A DNA stretch of 62,178 nucleotides, filler included. It is 7 parts of 7 records of this genome, joined end to end, with 100 filler letters (N's around TTAATTAATTAA, not from the genome) between each part and the next. Parts side by side here need not be neighbours in the genome. Positions count along the whole stretch, not along the records: positions 18,151 to 25,554 come from SRR31156797_43170; positions 25,655 to 35,897 come from SRR31156797_43171; 5 more parts are not named here. One strand, 5' to 3'. Of this stretch, positions 20,956-29,831 are shown in pieces. Both the position numbers and the translations under genes were made by a program. The notes below the pieces were generated by a model. It ran no database searches. It was not told the origin of the DNA and saw nothing but the letters and a program-made list of their open reading frames with translations. Numbering within the stretch: position 1 is the stretch's first letter; every line of letters begins with the position of its first letter.

Positions 20956-20972
20956 TCGGCATGCAAGTTGCT
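20956..20972 (+). promoter_or_regulatory. Sigma-54 (-24/-12) promoter
   Basis: TCGGCATGCAAGTTGCT has GG-N10-GC spacing, near TGGCAC-N5-TTGCW; lies between the activator gene and the operon. Confidence 0.8.
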
Positions 20973-21032
20973 ATGTCGCCTTTTGTAAACGTTTATACTT
21001 GCTTAATATCGTAACCAAAAGGAGTTGTTAAA

Positions 21033-22217
21033 ATGAAGATAACAGCCATTCGTGCAACAGCCGTCAGCATTCCATTTGACGCCCCCTATATCTGGTCCGT
21101 GGGGGAGTACACCGGAATTACAAGGGTGGTGGTGGAGGTCGAAACGGATCAGGGGATCACAGGATATGGTGAGGCGCCCTCATGGGAATGTGAAGCTGAT
21201 ATCAATGATTTCATGGCCCCCAGACTTGTTGGGGCGGATCCCTTTGACATCGAATCCTGTGAGCTTTTGTGCGTGCCCGAGACCAAGGTGCTTGCCAACA
21301 CGGACGGAAACACGAGTCTTAAATCCTTTGGGGGGATCGAGATGGCCCTTTGGGATATCCGTGGAAAGGCTTGGGATATGCCTTTGTATAAGATCCTGGG
21401 AGGGGCTGTTCGAAAAGAGATTCCAATGACGGAATACTTTTCCCTTCGTCCCAGAAGGGGAGATGCCGGTGGGCAAAAGACCCCTGTTGATATCGCGGCC
21501 TATTGTGCCAGGATGCGTGAACTCCACGGGTCTACCTATTTTGAAGGAAAATGTTCCACGGGTGATCCCAAATTTGACATCCAGGTGATAAAGGAAGTTC
21601 GGAGTGCCGTCGGCGATGATGCCATGATTCGTCTGGACGGAAACATGGCATGGTCCTTAAGCTCGGCACGGGAGCTGGTTAAAGGGCTTGAACCCTACAA
21701 TATTCGTAACTTTGAAGATCCTGTGGCAACCTTCTGGGAAATGGAAAAATTGAGAAAACACACGGATATTCCCTTTTCGACCCATACTCCCAACCTGCCC
21801 CTGGCGGTTCGCCTCGGGGTGCCGGATTCGTTTGTTTTAAATCTGACCGCCATTGGGGGGATCTCCCGGACCATGAAGTTCATTGGTGCATGTGAGGCCA
21901 TGGGAGTTGATTTCTGGCTTTACAGCGGTGATACAGGGGTGGCGACCTCTGCCTATCTTCACGTATCCGCTGCCTGCAGGCATCTCCATGAACCAAGCCA
22001 GGCCCTGTTCCGGTTTCAGCCGGAAGATGTGATCGAGGGGGGGCCTTATTCCATTAAAAATAATACCATCAAAGTGCCGGAAGGTCCGGGATTGGGAATC
22101 TCCCTGGACAGGGCCGCCATGAAAATTTGCCATGAGCGCTTCCTGTCAGAGGGACCCATGGATCAGTATTATAATGCTAAAAAGCCTGGAACCTATGTTC
22201 GTCTTCCCCTCAGCTGA
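21033..22217 (+). CDS. Enolase-superfamily enzyme (mandelate racemase/MLE fold, glucarate-dehydratase-like)
   Basis: VVVEVETDQGITGYGE, GIEMALWDIRGKA, IRLDGNMAWS, FEDP, VPEGPGLGI. Confidence 0.88.
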   Translation: MKITAIRATAVSIPFDAPYIWSVGEYTGITRVVVEVETDQGITGYGEAPSWECEADINDFMAPRLVGADPFDIESCELLCVPETKVLANTDGNTSLKSFGGIEMALWDIRGKAWDMPLYKILGGAVRKEIPMTEYFSLRPRRGDAGGQKTPVDIAAYCARMRELHGSTYFEGKCSTGDPKFDIQVIKEVRSAVGDDAMIRLDGNMAWSLSSARELVKGLEPYNIRNFEDPVATFWEMEKLRKHTDIPFSTHTPNLPLAVRLGVPDSFVLNLTAIGGISRTMKFIGACEAMGVDFWLYSGDTGVATSAYLHVSAACRHLHEPSQALFRFQPEDVIEGGPYSIKNNTIKVPEGPGLGISLDRAAMKICHERFLSEGPMDQYYNAKKPGTYVRLPLS

Positions 22218-22301
22218 ACCGAGGAATTTTATGCAAATGGCCCCATGGCCGAACCTGCTTTCGACCATGGGCCATCAACAGGTGATGATTAGAAAAAGGA
22301 G

Positions 22302-23732
22302 ATGCAAGCTGTGTACGATCGAATGCAAACATTAACCATGGAAGAGATGACCCGTGTCCATGAAGCTTCAATGGATATTTTGAAAAATACAGGGATCATT
22401 TTCAACGATCAGGAAGCCTTGGAGATATTCGCTGAAAATGGTTTTAGGGTTGATGATAAGACCGTATTCTTTCAGGAAAAAGATATTTCAATGGCCCTTG
22501 AAACCTGTCCTTCCCGATTTAAGATCACCGCCAGGAATCCTGCCCAAAGCGTATGGGTGGGTGAGGACGATTTTGTTTTTCTACCCTCATCCGGTGCACC
22601 GTTCATTGCGACAGAAACAGGCGAGCAACGCCAGGCCACCATTGAGGATTATGAGAATTTTTGCAAGCTGGTTCAAACTTCCAAACATGTCGATATGATT
22701 GCCAGCACAATGGTGGGCCCGACCGACATCCCTACGGATAAGGCGCACCTGGATATGCTTCTTGCAAATATTTTATTGTGCGATAAACCCTTCATGGGCA
22801 GCTCTTTTTCCAGGCAGGGATGCCGGGATACCATGGAAATGGCTTCCATTGTCTGGGGAGGGAAGGAAAAATTAAAAGAGATGCCGGTGACGGTTAATCT
22901 TATCAATCCCCTTTCTCCGCTTGCATATTCAGAGGAAATGACCGGTTCCATCATTGAGTGTTCAAGATTGAGGCAACCGCTTTTGATTGCCAACATGGTG
23001 ATGGCGGGCTCCTCGGGTCCGATCCGGCTGGCAGGCGTACTGGCAATGCAGACGGCTGAAGTCCTGGCCGGTCTGGTACTTGCCCAGCTGGTTGGTCCGG
23101 GTACGCCGATCATCATTGGTGCCACATCGACACCCCTGGATATGAAATCCGGTGCCGCTCCCATCGGGGCTCCGGAAGTTCCGGTTCTGGTCTCAATGAC
23201 GGCCCAGATGGCCCGTTTTTATAAACTGCCCAGCCGCAGTGGCGGTGGTTTGACAGATGCCCATTCCCCCGATGCCCAGGCGGGTATGGAATCGGCGCTT
23301 ACATTGTTGACCGCAGTCCGTAACGGCGTAAATTTTATCCTTCAGGGCTGCGGCACCATGGGCGGGTACATGACCATCAGTTATGAGAAATTTATTATGG
23401 ACGAAGAAATGTGCGGCATGATTCGTACCATGCTCTCGCCCGTCGAAATTACAGATGAGAGTATCGACGTTGAAACCATCAAAAAGGTGGGGGCCGGCGG
23501 ACAATACTTGACGCAGCCAGCCACATTGAAACGGTGCCGGTCTGAATTCTTCATGCCGGAATTGAACAATCGGAAGAATTATTCCGCATGGACCAGTGCC
23601 GGCAGCAAGTCCATCAATGTCCTGGCCACGGAAAAAGTGGCGGCAAGACTTGAACATTACCAAAAACCGGAAATCGATGCTGGGGTGGAAAAGGCGTTGC
23701 ATGACTATGTGAACCTGCGCAAGCAAAAATGA
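22302..23732 (+). CDS. MttB-superfamily (trimethylamine methyltransferase family) corrinoid methyltransferase, non-pyrrolysine
   Basis: VHEASMDIL, INPLSPL, GAPE, PSRSGGGLTDAHSPDAQAGMES, SYEKFIMDEE; no in-frame TAG. Confidence 0.9.
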   Translation: MQAVYDRMQTLTMEEMTRVHEASMDILKNTGIIFNDQEALEIFAENGFRVDDKTVFFQEKDISMALETCPSRFKITARNPAQSVWVGEDDFVFLPSSGAPFIATETGEQRQATIEDYENFCKLVQTSKHVDMIASTMVGPTDIPTDKAHLDMLLANILLCDKPFMGSSFSRQGCRDTMEMASIVWGGKEKLKEMPVTVNLINPLSPLAYSEEMTGSIIECSRLRQPLLIANMVMAGSSGPIRLAGVLAMQTAEVLAGLVLAQLVGPGTPIIIGATSTPLDMKSGAAPIGAPEVPVLVSMTAQMARFYKLPSRSGGGLTDAHSPDAQAGMESALTLLTAVRNGVNFILQGCGTMGGYMTISYEKFIMDEEMCGMIRTMLSPVEITDESIDVETIKKVGAGGQYLTQPATLKRCRSEFFMPELNNRKNYSAWTSAGSKSINVLATEKVAARLEHYQKPEIDAGVEKALHDYVNLRKQK

Positions 23733-23804
23733 CGGGCCCATGCGGATCTTCCGCAATCGGCTTGTAGGCATTTTACAATCAAATTACCCTGAAAGGAGAA
23801 TTAG

Positions 23805-25478
23805 ATGAACCAGAAAAATGAAAATGGGAAATGGTCTATGCGATGGGGGGTTATCATTCCGCCTCTGATGATATTCGGTTTCATTATTGTCATGGGGCTT
23901 GTCAATGAAAAGGTTTTTGTTGATACCCTGTGGAAGCTGTTTAAATGGTTGATGACGAACTTCGGGTGGGCTTTGGATTTAGGGTGTCTGGCATTTGTGC
24001 TCTTTTCGATCGTTTTGTTGATTCATCCCATAGGGCATATAAAGTTTGGAGGCAAGGACGCCAAACCGGAATTCAGCACCTTTACATGGTGGTGCATCTC
24101 CCTGTGTGCCGGTATGGGAACAGGTATTGTTTTTTGGCCACCGGAAGCGTTGACCCATGCATTGAAACCTGCAAGGGGGATGTTTCTGGAACCGGGCAGT
24201 CATCAGGCCATTATTTGGGGGATGAGTCAAACTTTTTTACACTGGACATTTACGCCATATGCAATCTACGTGGTCTGTGGTGTCTTGATCGCTTTTTCAT
24301 ATTATAATTTAAAAAAACCGTTTGCGGTGAGTTCCGCCCTTTATCCCCTTGTTGGCGATAAAGTCTTTGGAAAGCCTGCAACATTCATTGATTCCTTAAT
24401 GCTTTTCGCCATTACCGGCGGGGTCGCAGGGTCCCTGGGGGTGGGGCTTATGCAGCTTGGACGGGGGCTTGAATTCTTCGATATCGGTATAAAATCAGGT
24501 CCTGTTGTATGGACGATCATTTGCGTTCTGATTGTTGCCTGCTATACCACATCGAGCGCTACAGGCCTGCACAGGGGCATTCAATGGCTCAGTAATAAAA
24601 ATGCGTGGCTTTTCATTATTATGCTGACCTTTGCGTTTGTTTTCGGTCCCAAGGCCTTTACCCTTAATCTGTCAACCCAGACCGCTGGTTATTATGTGAC
24701 CCATTTTTTTCAGTCAATGACTTTTACCGATCCCTTTCCCGGTGGTGATATGTGGCCCCAATGGTGGGATATGTTCTTTTTTTGCGATTGGCTTTCATTT
24801 GCACCCATCACTGGAATGTTTTTGGCCCGACTGTGTTATGGAAGAACCATTCGCGAATTTTTAGCCATTAATCTGGTGCTGCCCGCATTGTTCTGCATGG
24901 TTTGGATGGGTGTGTTCGGCTCTCTCACCATCCATGCTCAGTTTGTTCAGGGGGTTGACTTGGGCGCTTTGATGGAATCCAAAGGCTTGGAAGTCCTTAT
25001 GCTCAAAATCTTTGATTTCCTTCCCCTGGCCAGTCTCTTAAGACCGTTGATGATGCTGACCATTTTTATCTCTTTTGTGACCCTGGCCGATTCCATGACC
25101 AGTACCGTATCCTGGCTGAGCATTACCAAAGGGGAAGGATATACAAGCCAGGAAGCTCCCTTGAGCTTGAAACTATTCTGGGGAATCCTGATGGGAGCCA
25201 CGTCGTTGATTTTTATCTTCTGTGGCGGCCTGGACGGGGTTAAGGTCGTAAAGACCATGACCGGTGTACCCATTCTGATCACGGAAATATGTATGATGGT
25301 CGGATTCATACTGTACTCCGTAAAACACAAACTCGGACTTCAGGGAAGAGAAGAATTGATGGCGCGTGCTTTTGCTGAAAAAAAGAAGCGTAACCCGGAG
25401 AACTCGAAAATTTTCGAACCGTCCCTTTGTGCCAGTGAGTCCATCACTGAACAGGTGAAAGCGGAAACTCAATGGTAA
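23805..25478 (+). CDS. BCCT family (betaine/carnitine/choline) transporter
   Basis: IKFGGKDAKPEFSTFTW, AGMGTGIVFW, FLHWTFTPYAIY, WLSNKN, GRTIREF, FVTLADS. Confidence 0.93.
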   Translation: MNQKNENGKWSMRWGVIIPPLMIFGFIIVMGLVNEKVFVDTLWKLFKWLMTNFGWALDLGCLAFVLFSIVLLIHPIGHIKFGGKDAKPEFSTFTWWCISLCAGMGTGIVFWPPEALTHALKPARGMFLEPGSHQAIIWGMSQTFLHWTFTPYAIYVVCGVLIAFSYYNLKKPFAVSSALYPLVGDKVFGKPATFIDSLMLFAITGGVAGSLGVGLMQLGRGLEFFDIGIKSGPVVWTIICVLIVACYTTSSATGLHRGIQWLSNKNAWLFIIMLTFAFVFGPKAFTLNLSTQTAGYYVTHFFQSMTFTDPFPGGDMWPQWWDMFFFCDWLSFAPITGMFLARLCYGRTIREFLAINLVLPALFCMVWMGVFGSLTIHAQFVQGVDLGALMESKGLEVLMLKIFDFLPLASLLRPLMMLTIFISFVTLADSMTSTVSWLSITKGEGYTSQEAPLSLKLFWGILMGATSLIFIFCGGLDGVKVVKTMTGVPILITEICMMVGFILYSVKHKLGLQGREELMARAFAEKKKRNPENSKIFEPSLCASESITEQVKAETQW

Positions 25479-25535
25479 AAAAGTCCAAGAACGACCCAAC
25501 ATCAAACTAAACCATTTGATTCAAAAAGGATAAAA

Positions 25536-25554
25536 ATGAAAACAATTATTGCAA
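25536..25554 (+). CDS. Start of next operon gene (MKTIIA...), truncated by contig end
   Basis: AAGGA RBS then ATG; only 6 codons visible. Confidence 0.4.
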
Positions 25555-25654
25555 NNNNNNNNNNNNNNNNNNNNNNNNNNNNNNNNNNNNNNNNNNNNTT
25601 AATTAATTAANNNNNNNNNNNNNNNNNNNNNNNNNNNNNNNNNNNNNNNNNNNN
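25555..25654. other. Artificial contig spacer
   Basis: N-run with TTAATTAATTAA. Confidence 0.99.
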
Positions 25655-25813
25655 AGCTATGAACGCCACGCAAAACACAGATCGGTATCTGTTTTTAAAT
25701 GCTTGTAAACGTTTAATAACGGTTTTGTTGTTGGTTTTGTGGGTGTTAAGGTTATTCATAAAAGAGAATTATAGCTACCAGTAAGCATACACATACGTTG
25801 TTGTACAATTCTA

Positions 25814-26368
25814 ATGAAAGAAACACCATCAATAGAAGAACAAAAAAACGCTCAATACTTAGCAATTGGAAAATTTGTAGTTGAGTTTGAGCATCTATTT
25901 TTTGCGATGAAAGTGAAATTTAAGATGCTTTGCGGAATGCACGAAGAAGTGGCTTTAATTTTAGAAAAATTAACTGTAAAGCAATCTATAGAAGCGTTGA
26001 ATGATATAGTTTTTGATAGAATGGGAAAACAAAAGTCTCAAAGTGATGACATCTTGCTATTGAAAAACTTAATTAAAGATTTAAGATACATTGCAGAATA
26101 TAGAAATTCTATCGTTCATACAATGTGGTTAATTGGCTGGAGAAGCCAAGATCAAAAAGATATTTCACAATTTTCAGGGTATAAATTTAGTGGAACAAAA
26201 AATTTTAAAGTAAAAAGTAAAAATGTAGAGGATTTAGAATATCACACTGAAATAGTTAGGTCTCTCTACAAAGTTTTCTTTACAGCATGGCTAATAGATA
26301 GACTTAATACTCCAAGTCTTTCAGACTTGTATAAGAGAAGTAAAGATAGAATTTGGACAAGAAAATAA
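25814..26368 (+). CDS. Hypothetical protein with HEPN-like RNxxxH motif
   Basis: AT-rich 184-aa helical ORF; AIGKFVVEFEHL...YRNSIVH. Confidence 0.6.
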   Translation: MKETPSIEEQKNAQYLAIGKFVVEFEHLFFAMKVKFKMLCGMHEEVALILEKLTVKQSIEALNDIVFDRMGKQKSQSDDILLLKNLIKDLRYIAEYRNSIVHTMWLIGWRSQDQKDISQFSGYKFSGTKNFKVKSKNVEDLEYHTEIVRSLYKVFFTAWLIDRLNTPSLSDLYKRSKDRIWTRK

Positions 26369-26564
26369 CTGTACACAATAAATAGGGCTTCTTGCAGCAC
26401 GTAGCGCCCAGCAATCCCGGAAGGAACGCTTCGAGACCGGTTGAACGCTTATCCCTCATATGAAAATCCCTCTATGGAGTTCTCATCCCGGAAAAGTATT
26501 TCTGACTTGCTTTTTTATCGGGATTTTATTTCCCGGTGGCATCGGTGAGGCTTTCATTCCCCGA

Positions 26565-27473
26565 TCAAAACCCCACCTCCACATAATTCTCCCAACTCCG
26601 GCAAACGGCAGCGCTGAAGCGGATGCCTGATTGAATGATCGCGTGCCATTGTTTTTCATTGAGCGCGTTTAGTTTACCTTTTTGATGGTTGTTTTTAACA
26701 ATTTGGTAAATCATACCCGCATTGAAATTATCTCCGGCACCGATGGTGCTTACCACATCGATTTTGGGTACATCATACTTTTCCTGAAAATCATCTGTGG
26801 CAACAAAAACAAACTCCGAGGAATGCGTGTAAATCAGGCTGGCACCGGAATTTTCCCGGACCAGCCGAATTGCCGCTGCGGGATCATCAACATCAAAAAG
26901 GCTTTGAAAATCTTCATGCGAAGCCCGGATGATATCTGCATAAGCGAAATTCTCCAAAACTGCCGGAATGATCTTTTCCATCCCATGATCTTTGGGGTGG
27001 CGGATGTTGGGATCGTAAATGATGATGGCGCCGGCGTCTCTGGCCGTTTTCACAAATGTTTTTACCTGGTTTCTGACTTCAGGATTCACTCCGAAAAATG
27101 AGCCAAACAACACAATGTCATTTTTTTGGATTTCCGGAAGCGCTCGTGTCAGCCGCTGCTCAGGATATTGTTTGTAGAAAGTATAGTTGGCGTTTTTGTT
27201 TTCATCGAGAAAAGCAAGGGCAACGGGGGTTTTACCGTTATCAAAGCGGTTAACAAATGAAGTATCCACGCGGTTTACAGCCAGGAATTTTATGATGTTT
27301 TTCCCCAGGTCATCGTTGCCCAGTTCGGTGATAAATGCCACATCACAACCCACCCGCCCCAGGCTTACGGCCGCATTCAGCATGGAGCCGCCGGCCTTTC
27401 CGGCAACGATTTCTCCGTTTTCGAAAATAATGTCGTAAACGGTTTCCCCGATGGTGTATATTTTTCTGGTCAT
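26565..27473 (-). CDS. PfkB/ribokinase-family carbohydrate kinase (fructokinase-like)
   Basis: IGETVYD, AGGSMLNAAV, YDPNIR, STIGAGDNFNAG. Confidence 0.92.
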   Translation of the reverse strand: MTRKIYTIGETVYDIIFENGEIVAGKAGGSMLNAAVSLGRVGCDVAFITELGNDDLGKNIIKFLAVNRVDTSFVNRFDNGKTPVALAFLDENKNANYTFYKQYPEQRLTRALPEIQKNDIVLFGSFFGVNPEVRNQVKTFVKTARDAGAIIIYDPNIRHPKDHGMEKIIPAVLENFAYADIIRASHEDFQSLFDVDDPAAAIRLVRENSGASLIYTHSSEFVFVATDDFQEKYDVPKIDVVSTIGAGDNFNAGMIYQIVKNNHQKGKLNALNEKQWHAIIQSGIRFSAAVCRSWENYVEVGF

Positions 27474-27492
27474 GTTAGTCTGGAATTCAAAG

Positions 27493-27500
27493 CAAAAATA
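27493..27500 (-). promoter_or_regulatory. Bacteroidota sigma-A -7 element upstream of the PfkB gene
   Basis: TATTTTTG on minus strand matches TAnnTTTG, about 20 nt before ATG. Confidence 0.55.
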
Positions 27501-27640
27501 AACAATCATGATTCAGGTAATCGCCAACAGGAATGAAAGTGCCTAAAAAACCAGCATCAGGATTGCTATCCCCTTCGGGGCTGCAATACCATTGGCGGGT
27601 TCGCAGCCCTGATTTAAAAGGAAGGGATTGAAACTCTGGA

Positions 27641-27680
27641 ATAAAAAAACCGGAGCTATTGCTAACTCCGGTTTTTTATA
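27641..27680 (-). terminator. Rho-independent terminator (bidirectional form) after the S9 peptidase gene
   Basis: AAAAAAACCGGAG-CTATTGCTAA-CTCCGGTTTTTT. Confidence 0.85.
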
Positions 27681-27696
27681 TAAATATTTTGAACTT

Positions 27697-29607
27697 TTAA
27701 TTCATCAAATGTCCTTTGAGGAATTTTTCCATGGCACGATAGAAATCGAAGCGGTTTTCCTCGTTGCGGAAACCGTGGCCTTCGTTATCTTTCACCATAT
27801 ATTCCACTTCAATACCACGCTTCTCCAGCGCTTCAACAATCTGGTCCGACTCAGCAATGTTTACACGCGGGTCTTTGGCACCCTGGGCAACAAACAGCGG
27901 AGTCATGATTTTATCGGCGTTCAACGCGGGTGATGTAGCTTCGAACTGCGCTTTATTATCTTCCGGATTTCCTACCATTTCGTACATCATATCCAGCATC
28001 GGCTTCCAGTACGGAGGGATGGTTTGCATAAACGTGAAGAGGTTTGAAACACCTACATAATCCACAGCCGCAGCATAAAGCGTTGGGTTTACAACAATAC
28101 CCTGGAGTGTGGCATATCCGCCATAGCTGGCACCGTAAATAGCAATGCGGTCCTTGTCTGCAATGCCTTCGAGGATCAGCCAGTTTACACCATCAGTAAT
28201 GTCGTTTTGCATATCAAGGCCCCACTCTTTGAAAGACATTTCCCAGAACTCACGTCCATAACCGGTTGATCCGCGGAAATTCATTTGCAGCACTGCAAAA
28301 CCACGGTTGGCCAGGAATTGTACTTCCGGGTTGAAACCCCAGTTGTCGCGTGCCCATGGGCCACCGTGCGGGTTAACAACTACGGGAAGATCTTTGGCTG
28401 TTTTCATGGTCAGGCCTTTAGGAAGGGTGATATATCCGGGAATTACAACGCCATCGCGAGCCGTATATTCAATCGGGAATACGCTGGCCATCTCATTTTC
28501 ATCAATCCAGGGGCTTACCTCGTGGATTTTTGTGATCTCATCTTTTTCTTTATCGTAGAGATAATAAGCGCCTAACGAACGATCGGAGTAGGTGCGAACA
28601 ATGTACATGGTTTCGTCGTCATTCATGCCTGAAATGCCCAGTTCATAATCGCCCAGGTCTTTTTCAAGCCTTTCGAAAAGCTGTTTGGTCTGGTCGTCAA
28701 AGAAGTGGCGTTCACGTTTCCATGACACAAAGGATGCAGAACTTAAAACTTTGCGCTTGCGTGAGTAATAAATGCCGGAAACATCATACTTATCATTTTC
28801 ATAAAGCACCTCCAGTTCTTTTCCGTTTTTCACATCAAAAACCACAACTGCTGATTTATCACGGCCAAGGTTTGAAACGGCATATACATTTTTATTGTCG
28901 AAATCGAAAAATGAAGGGCTTACTGATTCCTTGAAATTTGTGGTGAGTGTAGGTGTGAATTCTTCTTCTTCAGTATCGCGATAGAGAATTTGTGTATTTA
29001 CACCGTCAACGATGGCTACGGCAATACGGAGCTTGCCTTCGTGGTCTGTCATCCAGCCCTGGATATTTCCCGGGTTTTCGGCCAGCATTTCCATTTCGCC
29101 GGAGTTGATATCGAGGCGGTAGGGATCAAAAACCTGTGGGTTGCGTTTGTTCAACCCGATGATCATTTCATCCGGAAGGTCTTTCAGGTCATCAATGATC
29201 TGGGTTCTCACATCATCGATTTTTGTGAGCGCCTTGAGGTTTTTACCGTTTTTATCTACACCATAAAGTGCAAAGTTTTCGTCACCACCATCATCTTTCA
29301 GGTATAGGATTCGATCTTTGTTTGCCCAGTAATAACCTGCGATGTCGCGATCGGTTTCACTGGTCAAACGGGTTGCCTTGTCTTTACCAACCTTTTGAAC
29401 GAAGATGTTCATACGGCTTTCGTATGGGGCCATGTAGGAAAAATATTTTCCGTCTGGCGAAATCTGGTAGCCTGATTTTTCAGGGTTTTTAAAGAAATCT
29501 TCTAATGGAATTTGTTTTTGTGCCATTGCGTTATTGCTTGAAAAGAGGTCAAACAAGATGGTCAGGAAAAATGTTCCCGCCAGGATTAAAATTGTAATTC
29601 GTTTCAT
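27697..29607 (-). CDS. S9 family serine peptidase (dipeptidyl/acylaminoacyl peptidase), secreted
   Basis: Signal peptide, beta-propeller, PHGGPW, NFRGSTGYG, GASYGG nucleophile, DPRV, EGHGF. Confidence 0.93.
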   Translation of the reverse strand: MKRITILILAGTFFLTILFDLFSSNNAMAQKQIPLEDFFKNPEKSGYQISPDGKYFSYMAPYESRMNIFVQKVGKDKATRLTSETDRDIAGYYWANKDRILYLKDDGGDENFALYGVDKNGKNLKALTKIDDVRTQIIDDLKDLPDEMIIGLNKRNPQVFDPYRLDINSGEMEMLAENPGNIQGWMTDHEGKLRIAVAIVDGVNTQILYRDTEEEEFTPTLTTNFKESVSPSFFDFDNKNVYAVSNLGRDKSAVVVFDVKNGKELEVLYENDKYDVSGIYYSRKRKVLSSASFVSWKRERHFFDDQTKQLFERLEKDLGDYELGISGMNDDETMYIVRTYSDRSLGAYYLYDKEKDEITKIHEVSPWIDENEMASVFPIEYTARDGVVIPGYITLPKGLTMKTAKDLPVVVNPHGGPWARDNWGFNPEVQFLANRGFAVLQMNFRGSTGYGREFWEMSFKEWGLDMQNDITDGVNWLILEGIADKDRIAIYGASYGGYATLQGIVVNPTLYAAAVDYVGVSNLFTFMQTIPPYWKPMLDMMYEMVGNPEDNKAQFEATSPALNADKIMTPLFVAQGAKDPRVNIAESDQIVEALEKRGIEVEYMVKDNEGHGFRNEENRFDFYRAMEKFLKGHLMN

Positions 29608-29637
29608 TGACTGTATTAATTTTATAGTTAATGCGCG

Positions 29638-29645
29638 CAAAGATA
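29638..29645 (-). promoter_or_regulatory. Bacteroidota sigma-A -7 element upstream of the S9 peptidase gene
   Basis: TATCTTTG on minus strand matches TAnnTTTG, about 30 nt before ATG. Confidence 0.6.
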
Positions 29646-29764
29646 GAATTAGTTTAATATCAGGGTTGTTTCAATTTGTGGATTAACAGGTTTTGTAAAT
29701 AATGTGTAAGTTTCACCGTACCTGATGAAATATTCTTGAAGTGATCCGATATTTTTTAAAGCTT

Positions 29765-29798
29765 AAAAAAAGCCCCTGGCAGAAACCAGAGGCTTTTT
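29765..29798 (-). terminator. Rho-independent terminator
   Basis: AAAAAAAGCCCCTGG-CAGAAA-CCAGAGGCTTTTT downstream of the T9SS cargo gene. Confidence 0.75.
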
Positions 29799-29831
29799 GT
29801 TATTCAACTCGCAAAAGTGTGAAATATCCTT

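Noticed and set aside
22302-23732. Pyrrolysine-containing MttB
   Set aside because: No in-frame TAG; Leu occupies the approximate Pyl position.
27565-27625. CCCCTTCGGGG hairpin and GCAGCCC as REP remnants
   Set aside because: Too short and single copy; no associated transposase.
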